Shown here piece by piece: positions 24,254-37,616 of a stretch of 64,000 bases of DNA. The notes under the pieces are model-generated. The model saw only the letters and a program-made list of their open reading frames with translations. It was not told the origin of the DNA and made no database searches. The DNA is from Octopus sinensis (Eukaryota), in the NCBI RefSeq assembly GCF_006345805.1, contig NC_043022.1, forward strand, positions 18,476,001 through 18,540,000, in the 5' to 3' direction. The position numbers and the translations under genes are program-made. The number at the start of each line of letters is the position of its first letter. Position 1 is the first letter of the stretch.

Positions 24254-25022
24254 GGCGCAGGATGGATTGTGGTAAGTAGCTTGTTTATCAACCACATGGT
24301 TCCGGGTTCAGTCCCACTGTGTGGCACCTTGGGCAAGTGTCTTCTACTATAGCCTTGGGCTGCCGAAAGCCTTGTGAGTGGATTTGGTTGACGGAAACTG
24401 AAAGAAGCCCATCATATATATATATATATATGGCGCAGGAGTGGATGTGTGGTAAGTAGCTTGTTTACCTACCGCATGGTTCCGGGTTCAGTCCCACTGC
24501 ATGGCATCTTGGGCAAGTGTCTTCTACTATAGCCTCGGGCCGACCAAAGCCTTGTGAGTGGATTTGGTTGACGGAAACTGAAAGAAGCCCGTCGTATATA
24601 TGTATATATATATGGCGCACGAGTGGATGTGTGGTAAGTAGCTTGTTTACCAACCACATGGTTCCGGGTTCAGTCCCACTGCATGGCACCTTGGGCAAGT
24701 GTCTTCTGCTATAGCCTCGGGCCGACCAATGCCTTGTGAGTGGATTTGGTAGATGGAAACTGAAAGAAGCCCATCGTATATATGTATATATATATATATA
24801 TATGCGTGTGTGTGTATATGTTTGTGTTTGTCCCCGTAGCATTGCTTGACAACCGATGCTGGTGTGTTTATGTTCCCGTCACTTAGCGGTTCGGCAAAAG
24901 AGATCGATAGAATAAATACTGGGCTGACAATGAATAAGTCCCGGGGTTGAGTTGCTCGACTAAAAGGCGGTGCTCCAGCATGGCCGCAGTCAAAATGACT
25001 GAAACAAGTAAAAGAATAAAAG
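24036..25022 (+). mobile_element. SINE B array: three 5' halves plus one full copy
   Basis: ggcgca(g/c)ga..gg.tgtgtggtaagtagc restarts near 24037, 24253, 24432 and 24614, each after a (TA)n tract. Confidence 0.92.
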
Positions 25023-25059
25023 AATTGTATACAAAGTATGTGATAGCATGAATGATGCA

Positions 25060-25535
25060 GGCCACTTGATACAAAAGAAACTCCAAACAGCGTCAATTAA
25101 GGAACCCCACATTCTCAGGATTACCCTGATCACAAAAAGTAAGAGTCCTCTCTCTCCTACTCACTGGTCCGTAGCACTTCTATCGCCATCCTCACTTTCC
25201 TTTCTAAGTGGAACTTTAAAAAGTCAATGCAGGCTTGATCGAAGAGGAAGGTGTCTTTCTTTAATAATCTTTTCAGCCTTGTCCACCGCACAGCCTCTTT
25301 CGCCAAAGCCACTAGACAGAGGAAAATCGCCTGCCCCGTTTTGTTAAAGGTGGGTCGTGGGGCGATCCTCACAGTGGATTCGACCGATTGTCGGATTCGT
25401 CTCTCATGCGATAACAGCTTCTCGACTTAGCTCCACAAGTCAGCAATACTTGGACACTGCACGAGTACAAGCAGAACGGTTTCGTCGATCTGCACTTATG
25501 TCATACAGCCCCGCTTGACAGCGCTTCCGCGAGTC
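25060..25535 (-). mobile_element. Tx1/L1-like LINE ORF2 C-terminal remnant
   Basis: C..*VQIDETVLLVLVQCPSIADLW...IFLCLVALAKEAVRWTRLK...FLKFHLERKVR, a degenerate zinc-knuckle region. Confidence 0.65.
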
Positions 25536-26470
25536 CTTTCTACCATAGGCGCAAGGCCTAAAATCTTTGTGGGAGGGGGCAAGTCGATTACATTGATTCC
25601 AGTACTTATTTTGACCCCGAAAGGATGAAAGGCAAAGTCAAACTCAGTGGAATTTGAACTCAGAACGTAAATACGGACGAAATGCCACTAAGCATTTTGC
25701 GCGGCGTGCCACCTCGCCGCCTTAACAATGATAATCATCCTTTCTACCATAGGCACAAGGCCTGAAATTTTGTTGGGAGGGGACTAGTCGATTATATCAA
25801 CTTATTTTATCGATCTCGAAAGGATGAAAGGCAAAGTCAAACTCAGTGGAATTTGAACTCAGAACGTAAAGACAGACGAAATTCCACTAAGCATTTTGCG
25901 CGGCGTGCCAACGATTCTGCCACCTCGCCGCCTTAACAATGATAATCATCCTTTCTACTATAGGCACAAGGCCTGAAATTTTGTTGGGAGGGGACTAGTC
26001 GATTGTTCTTTTACTCTTTTACTTGTTTCAGTCATTTGACTGTGGCCATGCTGGAGCACCGCCTTTAGTCGAGCAACTCGACCCCGGGACTTATTCTTTG
26101 TAAGCCCAGTACTTATTCTATCGGTCTCTTTTGCCGAACCGTTAAGAAACGGGGACGTAAACACACCAGCATCGGTTGTCAAGCAATGCTAGGGGGACAA
26201 ACACAGATACGCAAACATATACACGCACATACATATATACGACAGGCTTCTTTCAGTTTCCGTCTACCAGATCCACTCACAAGGCATTGGTCGGCCCGGG
26301 GCTATAGTAGAAGACACTTGCCTAAGATGCTACGCAGTGGGACTGAACCCGGAACCATGTGGCTGGTTAGCAAGCTACTTACCACACAGCCACTCCTGCA
26401 TCTATATCAACTTATTTTATCGATCTGGGAAAGGATGAAGGGCAAAGTCAACTTGGGAAGAGTTTGAAGC
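25535..26470 (-). mobile_element. Tandem of three SINE A2 copies, the third split by SINE B (~26006-26400, minus)
   Basis: tcctttctac(c/t)ataggc(g/a)caaggcct restarts near 25535, 25738 and 25949. Confidence 0.85.
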
Positions 26471-26990
26471 TTGATCTCTGTTTATGATAAAGTGGTGAGC
26501 TGGTAGAATCGTTCAGCATGTTGAGCAACATGTTTAGCGGCATTTCGACCGTCTTTACTACCTGCGTTCAAATTCCTTCGAAGTAAGCTTTGCCATTCAT
26601 CGTTCTGGATCGATAAAATAAGTACCAGTTGAAAACTGGGGAGGTCGACGTAATTGTTTATAATCCGTTCCGAATTTGCTGGCCTTGTACCAAAATTTGA
26701 AACAAATATTATGGCATCACAGATTTCATATTTCTTTACACTTCTTTCATTATAGTTGCCTCCTTTGAATAGTTCACCTTCTGTAATTTTACAAGCGAAT
26801 GATTTAAATCTTTCGAAAAAATAATTTTTATATCTGTTCGATATACCAACCCATTTCTAACATAGCTCCACGTTTCCATATGACTGCACTCGCTAACTCA
26901 TGCGTGTTTTTAATGCATTTCTTACGTATGTATGATCCATTTTTAGATTTGAACCTTCAAAGTATGCATATCTTGGCACTATAACCCCCA

Positions 26991-27182
26991 CCTTACTTCT
27001 TCTCCTTCTTCTTCTCCTCCTTCTTCTTCTTCTTCTTCTTCTTCTTCTTCTTCTTCTTCTTCTTCTTCTTCTTCTGCTTCTTCTCCTTCTTCTTCTTCTT
27101 CTCCTTCTGCTTCTTCTTCTTCTTCTCCTCCTTCTTCTTCTTCTCCTCCTTCTTCTTCTTCTTCTTCTCCTTCTTCTTCTTC
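26991..27182. repeat. (TTC)n/(CTC) microsatellite
   Basis: Directly visible; source of the poly-E and poly-K ORFs. Confidence 0.95.
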
Positions 27183-28067
27183 ATTATTGTTGTTGTTGCT
27201 TTCCATACCTTCTGCACATCCAAGTTTTCCCAACCTATATTCCTCTCTTTCTCTTTCTTTCTTTCCCTTCCTTCCCACTCCCACACGCATTCTTCTTCCT
27301 TTTCCTAATTCCTTCATTCTTTCGTTTCCTTATTTTTGCTCTTCAGTTGCGGTTCTTCTCTCCAAAATTTTAACTTAATTCTTGAAGCTCATTGGTTTTA
27401 GGATATTATATTTCTCAGACAAACATGAACTGCAGTAGTTTTGAATGGTAATGATTGAAGGTTACTCTGACCTAGATACACCAGTCAAACACTGATTATT
27501 TTACAGGTTACGCTTAAAAAACGATCAAAAAATTCTGTTCCTGTTCGAACGGGTACGAATATTCATGCAATCGAGTTTTAAAAGAAGTTACTCTGTAGAC
27601 GATGGAAAATACGCTACTGTATTTTCCTAGTTGTAGCGGAAGAATACACTGTACAGATATTGCAATGTGTGAAACTGGAGTGTTTGTCTGTTGGTACGGA
27701 GTTCGATTCCCTGTAGCGACTCTTCGGCCACTTTTACCCCGTATACTTAGGATATTTACTCGATGTTTTTAAAGCTGTTTTCACGGCTATTCTGCGTTCC
27801 AGGTTTACTTTATTTGCTATATGTATGTATTTATGTATGTATGAACACACACACACACACACACACATGCATACATATATAAATACAGGCTCCCACGCAG
27901 GGTTTGTGGAGGAGGAAATATATTCATATGTAAAACGGTTACCATAGAAACATTAGATGTTTTTTTCTTATATTAAACTACATGTGGACCATACGGTGAT
28001 ATAGGTAAAATATTAATGCTACATTTTATGTCAAACATACATACATGTGTGTGTGTGTGTGTGTATT

Positions 28068-28107
<40 letters not shown>

Positions 28108-28168
28108 CATGCACATAAATATGTGTATGTATATATGTACATATATATATATATCTAAATGTATGAAC

Positions 28169-28207
<39 letters not shown>

Positions 28208-28859
28208 GCATACACACATATAGATATATACACATATACATACATACATACATACATATATATATATCCATTCATCCATATAAATAAATAATTGTGTATG
28301 TATAACATACATGTGCCTTTCTAAATAAATGTGTGTGTGTTTGTATCTGTGCTTCTGTATGCGTGTGTGTGTGTGTGTGTGTTAGATGGGTGTGTAAGCG
28401 TGAAACATTTTTAATATATATTACAGAATATTTTATGAGTATCAGCAAAACGTTTATTCATAAATAAATTAAAAACACAAATGTATTTCTAAAGATACTT
28501 ACATATGCGCGTGTGTGTTTACATATGTGCGCGCATACGTGTGTGTGTGTTTGTATGTATGAGTGACTTTTTTTTCTATTGTGAGTGCATTTATGCTAAT
28601 CTTACATATGTTCCTTCATATTTATAATTATATGCATGTATAATATATACACCTCCCATACCCATACATATAATCATATACATCTCTCTGTCTCTCTCTC
28701 TGTATTTATAACACATGTACAAATATATACATTGTATGTATATTATGTATGTAGGTGTAATATGCGTGTATGTATGTATATATCACTATGTATGTATATA
28801 TATAGAGAGAAAGAGGCATAGAGAGATAGATATATGGATGGATATATATATATACATAC

Positions 28860-28892
<33 letters not shown>

Positions 28893-29019
28893 TACACACA
28901 CACACACACATACATACATACACATGTGCACGCACGCAATCACGCACACACACACACACATACACATGTCATGCGCATATTCGTATATTAATGTATATAA
29001 AATATTCAATATTTACACA

Positions 29020-29073
<54 letters not shown>

Positions 29074-29336
29074 ATTTACAGATAGGTATAAAGTCTAACA
29101 CATACGCGATGCATATCTACATGTATCAACAAATATAACACATGCAATACACGCACACGCACGCACACACACATATATACTTTACGTAGATGTTTGTAAA
29201 AACGAATTTAACAAAATACACATTTTAATTCCTGCGATCGCGTGCCTCTGTGTTTGACTTCGTATTCAAATATATACGCAATATGTTTATTTGAAGAATA
29301 TACAAGGAAATTATGTTTATTCATATAAAACGTATA

Positions 29337-29389
<53 letters not shown>

Positions 29390-29575
29390 TTCCAAGATGC
29401 AATGAGAGGAAAGGGAGAGAGGGGGGGGGGAAGTGAAAGTGAAACTCTTTTCTTGTTATTCATTATTTTTACTGTTAAGATGTAAGGATTCTCTTAAACC
29501 CTGTAGTATCATTTCTAGCTTTCGTTATGTTATTTTTGTTTCGTTGTGTGTGTGTGTGTGTGTGTGTGTTGTGGA

Positions 29576-29607
<32 letters not shown>

Positions 29608-29699
29608 ATGTCTGTATGTCTGTATATATAAATATACATGTCTGTATGTGTGTTGAAATTAGTGTTTGTGTGAATGTATATGGATGTCTCTGCGTGTGC

Positions 29700-29750
29700 T
29701 TATATATATATATATATATATACATATAAATATATATATATATTATATAT

Positions 29751-29781
<31 letters not shown>

Positions 29782-29804
29782 GTTGTATGTATGTATGTAT
29801 GATG

Positions 29805-29836
<32 letters not shown>

Positions 29837-30040
29837 TGTATGTATATATATATGTATGTATGTATATATATTATGTATGTATGTATATATCTATATGTAT
29901 GTATGTATATATAATATATGTATGTATGTATAATATATATGTATGTATGTATAGTATATATATATGTATGTATGTATATATATATGTATGTATGTTATGC
30001 ATATATATATATATATATATTATATGTATGTATGTATATA

Positions 30041-30076
<36 letters not shown>

Positions 30077-30245
30077 TGTATATATATATGTATGTATATA
30101 TATATGTATGTATATATATATGTATATAATATATGTATGTATGTATATATATATATGTATGTATAGTATGTATGTATATATGTATATGTATATATATATA
30201 TATTATATATATATATGTTTATATATGTATGTATATATATTATAT
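29700..30245. repeat. Long (TA)n/(TATG)n low-complexity tract
   Basis: Directly visible. Confidence 0.95.
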
Positions 30246-30497
30246 ACGCACACTCACACACAGATAGATATAGATATACATGCCTCACACACACATACAC
30301 ATATTTACATGTATGTATTTATATACAAATTACCATTTTGTGGCTTCTTTTCATTTCGTTTTTCTTCATATTCAAATCTAATATTCTTCAAAGTAAATAG
30401 AAGCAACTCAAAAATTTACTAAAATATTAGTTCATTTCTATCCTATAGCACTTGTGAAACTATAAGAAGCATCACATATTGGCTTCACACACGCAGA

Positions 30498-30541
<44 letters not shown>

Positions 30542-30639
30542 GCGTGTGTGTATGTATGTGTACATATATATATCTCTCTCTCTCTATATATATATAACAC
30601 GTATCACCTATGTATTTACATACATATATATATATATAT

Positions 30640-30900
30640 GTGTATATATGTATGTCTGTATGGATAAGTTTATCTCTCTGTATATATGTGCGTATATATG
30701 TATGTCTGTATGGATAAGTTTATCTCTCTGTATATATATGTGTACATATGTATGTCTGTATGGATAAGTTTATCTCTCTGTATATATATGTGTACATATG
30801 TATGTCTGTATGGATAAGTTTATCTCTCTGTATATATATGTGTACATATGTATGTCTGTATGGATAAGTTTATCTCTCTGTATATATATGTGTATATATA
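30640..30900. repeat. 50-bp minisatellite, 5 copies
   Basis: tatgtctgtatggataagtttatctctctg at 30651, 30701, 30751, 30801 and 30851. Confidence 0.95.
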
Positions 30901-31258
30901 TTGTTGTATTTAAAAGGAAAAAGGGTTGTAAATCAAGGGAAGTCACTTGTGCTAACATGCATCATATTGATGATAAGGTATGGAACAAAAAAGAAAAACG
31001 GTCTTGAAGTAATGGATATTAATTTATGAATGTGCATGCATATGTGCACGTTTGTGTGTGTGTGTGTGGTGTGTGTGTGTGTGTGTGTGTGTGATGAATG
31101 TTTAATAGCTGGATATTCCGCTCGACATTACTACTATTAGTTTCCCCATGTCTCTTGAGGCTATCTGAATTAAGCTCCACTTCTTTCACCTGCATATGTT
31201 GATTAATACCTACACACACGCCCATAACTATATATGTATGTATATATCTATATGTATG

Positions 31259-31309
<51 letters not shown>

Positions 31310-31745
31310 GCTTGTGCATTGATTACAATTTGCTTTTCTATGTTATCTCCGAAAATTATATTTTGCATTCTTTTCATTTGTGTTTCCTTGCTTGTTTTTT
31401 GTTTTTTACATTTTTAATGTTTAAATTCTGCAAAAAAAAAAAAAAAAAAAAATTAATGTAAGATTACATAGTTTCGTGATTCATAGAATATTTGTAGAAA
31501 ATGTCGTCTCTGTTCTCGTAAAAATGTTCAAGAATTTATAAGAGATATCACTACTATGCCAACGAACTCACGCAATGCCTATACACGTGCAACGGCTCAC
31601 CCACGCACCGAAAATAGGAGAGAGATGAAGACGGTGAGTATGAGAAATAGATGACAGTCACACTCACGCTCTCCTTCTCTCTCTCCTCACGATGCCGTGT
31701 ATGTATATGCTCGCGCGCGTGTGTATATATATATATATATATATA

Positions 31746-32152
31746 CTCTTTTACTCTTTTACTTGTTTCAGTCCTTTGACTGCGTTCATGCTGGAGCACC
31801 GCCTTTAGTCGAGCAAATCGACCCCGGGACTAATTCTTTGTAAGCCCAGTACTTATTCTATCGGTCTCTTTTGCCGAACCGCTAAGTGATGGGGATGTAA
31901 ACACACCAGCATCGGTTGTCAAGCAATGCTAGGGGGACAAACACAGACACACAAACATGCACACACATACATATATATATATATACATATATACGACGGG
32001 CTTCTTTCAGTTTCCGTCTACCAAATCCACTCACAAGGCTTTGGTCGGCCCGAGGCTATAGTAGAAGACACTTGCCCAAGATGCCACGCAGTGGGACTGA
32101 ACCCGGAACCATGTGGTTGGTAAACAAGCTACTTACCACACAGCCACTCCTG
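31746..32152 (-). mobile_element. SINE family B, full length, followed by an older inverted B head (~32160-32340)
   Basis: Reverse complement of the family B sequence. Confidence 0.9.
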
Positions 32153-32939
32153 AATACCGGGTGTGGCCCCGTGGTTTAGAAGCTCGCTTTACAACCACAT
32201 GATTTCTGGTTCAGTCCCACTGTGTGGCACGCTGGGTAAGTGTCTTTTACTATAGCTTCGGGACGATCGATACCTTTTGAATGAATTTGGTAGACTGAAA
32301 CCGTGTGGATGTCCGTCGTATATTCTTTTACTTGTTTCAGTAATTTTTCTGCGGCCAATTATAATAATGAGGAAGAAGAAGAAGGCAGTATTAATCCTCG
32401 ATGCAGTAACAGGTAGTGGTTCTCATGGCTTCTGATCTTAACTGACTGGATACATGCTTTATATCGGTGTAAAAGATGGCCAGCAACAAATATTCTGCTC
32501 AAAACCACAGATTTGCTTGTTAGTTGCTTGACCATGACTAGTTAAACATGTCCCTTGGTGGCTGACGGTACGTGCATCGCTGATCACAAGCAGTAGTGGG
32601 GGAGCATCATAGCCTTGTGTTGAGAGGAATTCTTTTAGGTTTGAATAATTCACCTCTGGAATCATGGGTGTTTCGTTCTTCATTCTTAAACCTTATTCAA
32701 GGACCTTTTGAGTGGGATGGGATACTCGACCTCAAGAAAATTTGAACTGGGCCCCACCTGCAAGGTCATGCGCTGTTTATCTCGATATAAAGTCACCATA
32801 TCTTGCACATATGGGTGATGCATGTACCTGGTGTATCCTTATCAGACGAGGAATCTTGATGACTATATTGGGCTTCATATATTTGTAACCCAGTGTCACT
32901 TTGATGGCATGTGCTGCTCTCTCATTCAACAATAATAAA

Positions 32940-33170
32940 GGACTGAGGAGGGCTCCTGCAAAAGTAATTCCAGTTTTTATAAGTACCCTAGGTGCTGTCA
33001 TCAACAGACTTAACAATGCCCTTATTGAGATTGGTGGAAATTTGCTCTGCTCGGAACAGCAAGGATTCTAAGAAAGGTCCTCGATATCTAAGGAAACTGG
33101 TTGTGATCCGGTATCAAGGACATTGGTTCGGAATGTAAAACATTCGTGCACACTGTGAATACTAATAATA
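32940..33170 (+). mobile_element. R4/Dong-like LINE 3' end
   Basis: AKVIPVFISTLGAV...LLGTARILRKVLDI*, flanked by aataat tracts. Confidence 0.7.
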
Positions 33171-33375
33171 TTGATGGTTTTAAATTTTGGCACAAAGTCA
33201 ACAGTTTCAGAAGAGATAAGTCAATTACGTCGACGCCAGTGCTCAAGAGGTACTTAATTTATCGACCCCGAAAGGATGATAGGCAACGTCGGCCTCTGCG
33301 GTATTTGGACTGAGAACGTAAAGACAGACGAAATGTTGCGAAACATTTTGCTAACGATTCTTCCAGCTCGCTGCC

Positions 33376-33413
<38 letters not shown>

Positions 33414-33627
33414 TGGAGAAAATCCGCGGACTCGTGCTACGATGGGGATGAGACGAGGAAAGCTTGCCAGGACAGAAGGTATATGGTTTCCAAGTGGTGA
33501 AATGATGAAGGCAATTCAACCTCAATCCAGCTATAAATACCTGGGAATACTTGAGGCAGATGGAATCAAACACCTCGACATGAAGGAAAAGACAAAAAGA
33601 GAGTACCTGCGGCGAGTGAGAAAAATA

Positions 33628-33908
33628 CAGAGATTCCCCGACTTGCGCGAGTTCAACTTGTGCGAGCCAACTTTCGATACCGAGTGTTCAGGTTGCGCGA
33701 GTTGTATTCTCGACTTGCGCTTGTAAAAATATTTATTATCCATGGTTGCATTGCCTTGTTTGTTATCTTTCTCCAAGTGTTTCTTTAATATAATAATATT
33801 TAGCAGTTATCCCGGAAAATATTTATAGAAAACAATATCTGGTACTCGACTTGCGCGAATTTCGAATTGCGCGTCCCCCAATTACTCGCGCAAGTCGAGG
33901 AATTCCTG
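33628..33908. mobile_element. Tc1/mariner-superfamily (pogo/Tigger-like) MITE inside the Dong-like ORF
   Basis: TA|cagagattccccgacttgcgcgagt...actcgcgcaagtcgaggaattcctg|TA; removing it restores RRVRKI-LASKL. Confidence 0.9.
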
Positions 33909-34625
33909 TATTGGCTTCAAAGCTTAATGCCAGAAACCTAATTTCGACAATAAACTCGCGCGCAGTCGCAGTAGTTCGGTATAGCGCTGGGATCCTGAAG
34001 TGGACAGAGGAGGGAGGAGCTGAAGGAGATGGACAGGAAATCAAGAAAGCTCCTAACGATGCATGGAGCCCATTATCCACATGCAGACACTGATCGCCTA
34101 CACATGAAGAGAGCAAATGGAGAAAGAGGACTGATAGGTGTGGAAGACTTTGTGTGTATCGAACTCGAGAATGTAATGAGATACCTAGTCCAAAGTAAGG
34201 AAATCTTGCTAGTGATAGTTAGGAACGAGGGATTATTGAGAGCAGAAAAAAGGCAAAAAGAACACGAAGAAGCATTATGCAAGAAAGGATGACACAATCA
34301 ATATCATGTAGCCACAAGTTGCTGGAAAAATAGGTGAGATTGGCTAATGAAAAGAACCTCAAAAAAGGAGACCGAGAGCACTATACTAGCAGCGCGGGAC
34401 CAAGCTCTGGTCACGAACTGGAGGGTCAGCCTTTGGAATGAGCAAGTGTCTCCGCTGTGCTGCATCTGCAATAGAGTGGATGAAACCATTGCCCATATCA
34501 CGAACGAATGCCCTAGACTTGCCCAAAACCCCTACAAGTTGTGGCGACACGACCAGGTAGCGAAAGTGCTACATTGGAAACTGTGCGAAAAGTGGGGCTA
34601 GAGTGAGGCAAGATGTGGTATGTGC

Positions 34626-34852
34626 GGTGAGCTGGCAGAACCGTTAGCACGCCGGGCGAAACGCTTAGCAGTAATTCGCCTGCCGTTACGTTCTGAGTTC
34701 AAATTCCGCCGAGGTCGACTTTGCCTTTCATCTTTTCGGGGTCGATAAATTAAGTACCAGTTACGCACTGGGGTCGATGCAATCGACTTAATCCGTTTGT
34801 TTGTCCTTGTTTGTCCCCTCTACGTTTAGCCCCTTGTGGGCAATAAAGAAAT
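34626..34852 (+). mobile_element. SINE A monomer inside the Dong-like ORF
   Basis: TSD aagatgtggtatgtgc at 34610-34625 and 34853-34868. Confidence 0.92.
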
Positions 34853-35367
34853 AAGATGTGGTATGTGCACAACCCACAGAGTGACAGAATCGGAGACTAG
34901 CAAAATCCTATGGGATTTCCCAATCCAAACAGATCAGGTGCTAGAGTATAACAGACCGGACCTAGTGGTGGTGGATAAGGTGCACCACCACATGCTATAT
35001 AGTTGACGTTGCATGTCCCTTTGACCCACAAATAGTAAAAAAAGAAAGGTGAAAAAATAGATTGATACAACCCTCTTAAGTACGAAATATCCCGGCTACG
35101 TGAAATGAAAACGGTGAATTTAGTGCCAGTTATTGTTGGGTCCTTGGGAACAGTATCAGAAGGCATCAAGAGGAATATAAAGGAAATTGGAATAGAGTGC
35201 CCAGTAGAACTGTTACAGAAGGTTTGTCTCCTTGGCAGGGCCAGAATAATCAGGAAAGTATTAGATAGCTGAAAAGAACGAATAGTATGCTACTGTAGGC
35301 TGCAGGTAGTAAACTCGCTACCCATGAAAGACTCCGGGTGCTCCAACAAAACCCGTGGTAAAGAGTA

Positions 35368-36900
35368 AATAATAATAATAATAATCCTTTCTATTATAGG
35401 CACAAGGCCTGAAATGTGGGAGAGGTATAGTTGATTACAGTGGTAGTCATGGAATGTGAAGGTGGCTGTAGAAAATTCTCTAACAGTAATAAATAGTTTA
35501 AATTCCCCATTCAAAATAGTTTCAAAGGCGAAGGTAATAATAATAATAAGTTCTACTCATGATTTTTTAAATGAATAGCTTGCGACCTTTTGGTTTTCTC
35601 CTCTCTTAAATTCCGGCCTTCCATTAGTATTCCTGTTGTGTTAGATCGATGTATAGATGTATGTATATATGTAAGTATACTGTAAAGTGTTAACATGTAT
35701 GTATAATATATAACATGTATATTATAAAAATATGTTAGTGTTATTTGATTTCTGAATGGTTTTGCTGCCGTCTGTTTATTTTTATGTAGTTTGATTTATT
35801 TATCCATCAGTTTCTACTAAGATAGAGACGCGAGTAAAATTAATAATAGAGAGACAAAAAATAAAACTTTGGAAACAGCCTAAAAGGAGATAACTGAGAA
35901 AGACTTGAAAGTCAACGTAAGATCGTAATCATGTAAACATAAATAATCCAGAATCTTTGTCCGGTAGCGGATCGATCCCAAAATATAATCAGTTCGTGCC
36001 AGTCACCAGGCCAAACATCCCTGAAAGTTTCATCCGAATCCATCCTGCGGTTCTTGAGATATCTCGTCCGCGGACAAACAAGTAAATTAACACGACTGAA
36101 AACAATACCTCCGCCTTTGCTGAGGCAGAGGTATTATAATAATAATAATAATCCTTTCTATTATAGGCACAAGGCCTGAAATGGGGGAGAGGTATAGTTG
36201 ATTACAGTGGTAGTCATGGAATGTGAAGGTGGCTGTAGAAAATTCTCTAACAGTAATAAATAGTTTAAATTCCCCATTCAAAATAGTTTCAAAGGCGAAG
36301 GTAATAATAATAATAAGTTCTACTCATGATTTTTTAAATGAATAGCTTGCGACCTTTTGGTTTTCTCCTCTCTTAAATTCCGGCCTTCCATTAGTATTCC
36401 TGTTGTGTTAGATCGATGTATAGATGTATGTATATATGTAAGTATACTGTAAAGTGTTACATGTATGTATAATATATAACATGTATATTATAAAAATATG
36501 TTAGTGTTATTGATTTCTGAATGGTTTTGCTGCCGTCTGTTTATTTTTATGTAGTTTGATTTATTTATCCATCAGTTTCTACTAAGATAGAGACGCGAGT
36601 AAAATTAATAATAGAGAGACAAAAAATAAAACTTTGGAAACAGCCTAAAAGGAGATAACTGAGAAAGACTTGAAAGTCAACGTAAGATCGTAATCATGTA
36701 AACATAAATAATCCAGAATCTTTGTCCGGTAGCGGATCGATCCCAAAATATAATCAGTTCGTGCCAGTCACCAGGCCAAACATCCCTGAAAGTTTCATCC
36801 GAATCCATCCTGCGGTTCTTGAGATATCTCGTCCGCGGACAAACAAGTAAATTAACACGACTGAAAACAATACCTCCGCCTTTGCTGAGGCAGAGGTATT
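35368..36900. repeat. Near-identical tandem duplication with a ~766-bp unit
   Basis: cctttctattataggcacaagg at 35386 and 36153; both units end cctccgcctttgctgaggcagaggtatt. Confidence 0.95.
35930..36135 (+). mobile_element. Helentron/HINE-like non-autonomous element 3' end (second copy ~36695-36900)
   Basis: gaaagtttcatccgaatcc...ggttcttgagatatc...gaaaacaatacctcc with terminal hairpin aatacctccgcct/aggcagaggtatt; family assignment from recalled structure. Confidence 0.5.
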
Positions 36901-37616
36901 ATAATAATAATAATAATAATAATGATGATAATAATAAATTAAATATATAATAAATATTTTGTATTTCGGTTTTGTGTTGGATTTGCAAGTTTGTTGATGT
37001 GAACTTGTGTACCCTAACAGATTTTGTTTTTATTTGGGGTTTGTGTGTGTGTGGGGGTAATATTGTCAATAATAACACACGCGCTGGTTTTGTTTCACTT
37101 ACTGTATTGGTATTAAATTCATTAACATTTAGCCAATCGATTAATCGATTGTTCGAAGCAGACGCGGAGTGGAGATGGCATATCATTGATGAGGTCGCGA
37201 AGGATGACGAGAGGACTTTCAGAAATCTAGCTGATTGGTCGACCGAACGTTTATTCTAATAATTGGTTTAAAGTTACCGAATTGACTAACGATAATGATG
37301 GGAAATGAAGTGAAATAGAGCCGGTGCGTGTGTTTATTACTGGCATAATGATCCTCCCGAGATACCATACAACGTTAACAAACACTAAGGAAACAATAAC
37401 AAAAGAACAACGGAAAACAACAACAACGATAAAATAACAGTAATAAGAACTTTAATGAGACAACAACAGAAAGAAGAACAACAGCAACATTCTCGGCAAC
37501 GAGAATAGTGACATGCAAAGAGAAAAGCAACACTGATATCTGCAACGTTCATAACAACGATAATATTCACGAAAACAAGAAAGACATTCACAACGGCAAT
37601 ATTCACAACAACAATA

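Larger units (their letters stand above)
33413..35367 (+). mobile_element. R4/Dong-clade RLE non-LTR retrotransposon, 5'-truncated, in (TAA)n
   Basis: YKYLGILEA, NLISTINSRAVAVVRYSAG, RLHMKRANGERGL, CCHC knuckle CCICNRVDETIAHITNECP, RHDQVA, KILWDFPIQTD..NRPDLVVVDK..IVDVACPFD, LLGRARIIRKVL; (TAA)n on both sides. Confidence 0.9.

Noticed and set aside
26979-27317. Poly-Glu and poly-Lys ORFs
   Set aside because: Frames of a (TTC)n repeat with no splice or domain support.
28016-31461. Many ORFs rich in YI/CV/HT/MY
   Set aside because: Translations of (TA)n, (TG)n and (TATG)n microsatellites; the same applies to similar ORFs across the window.
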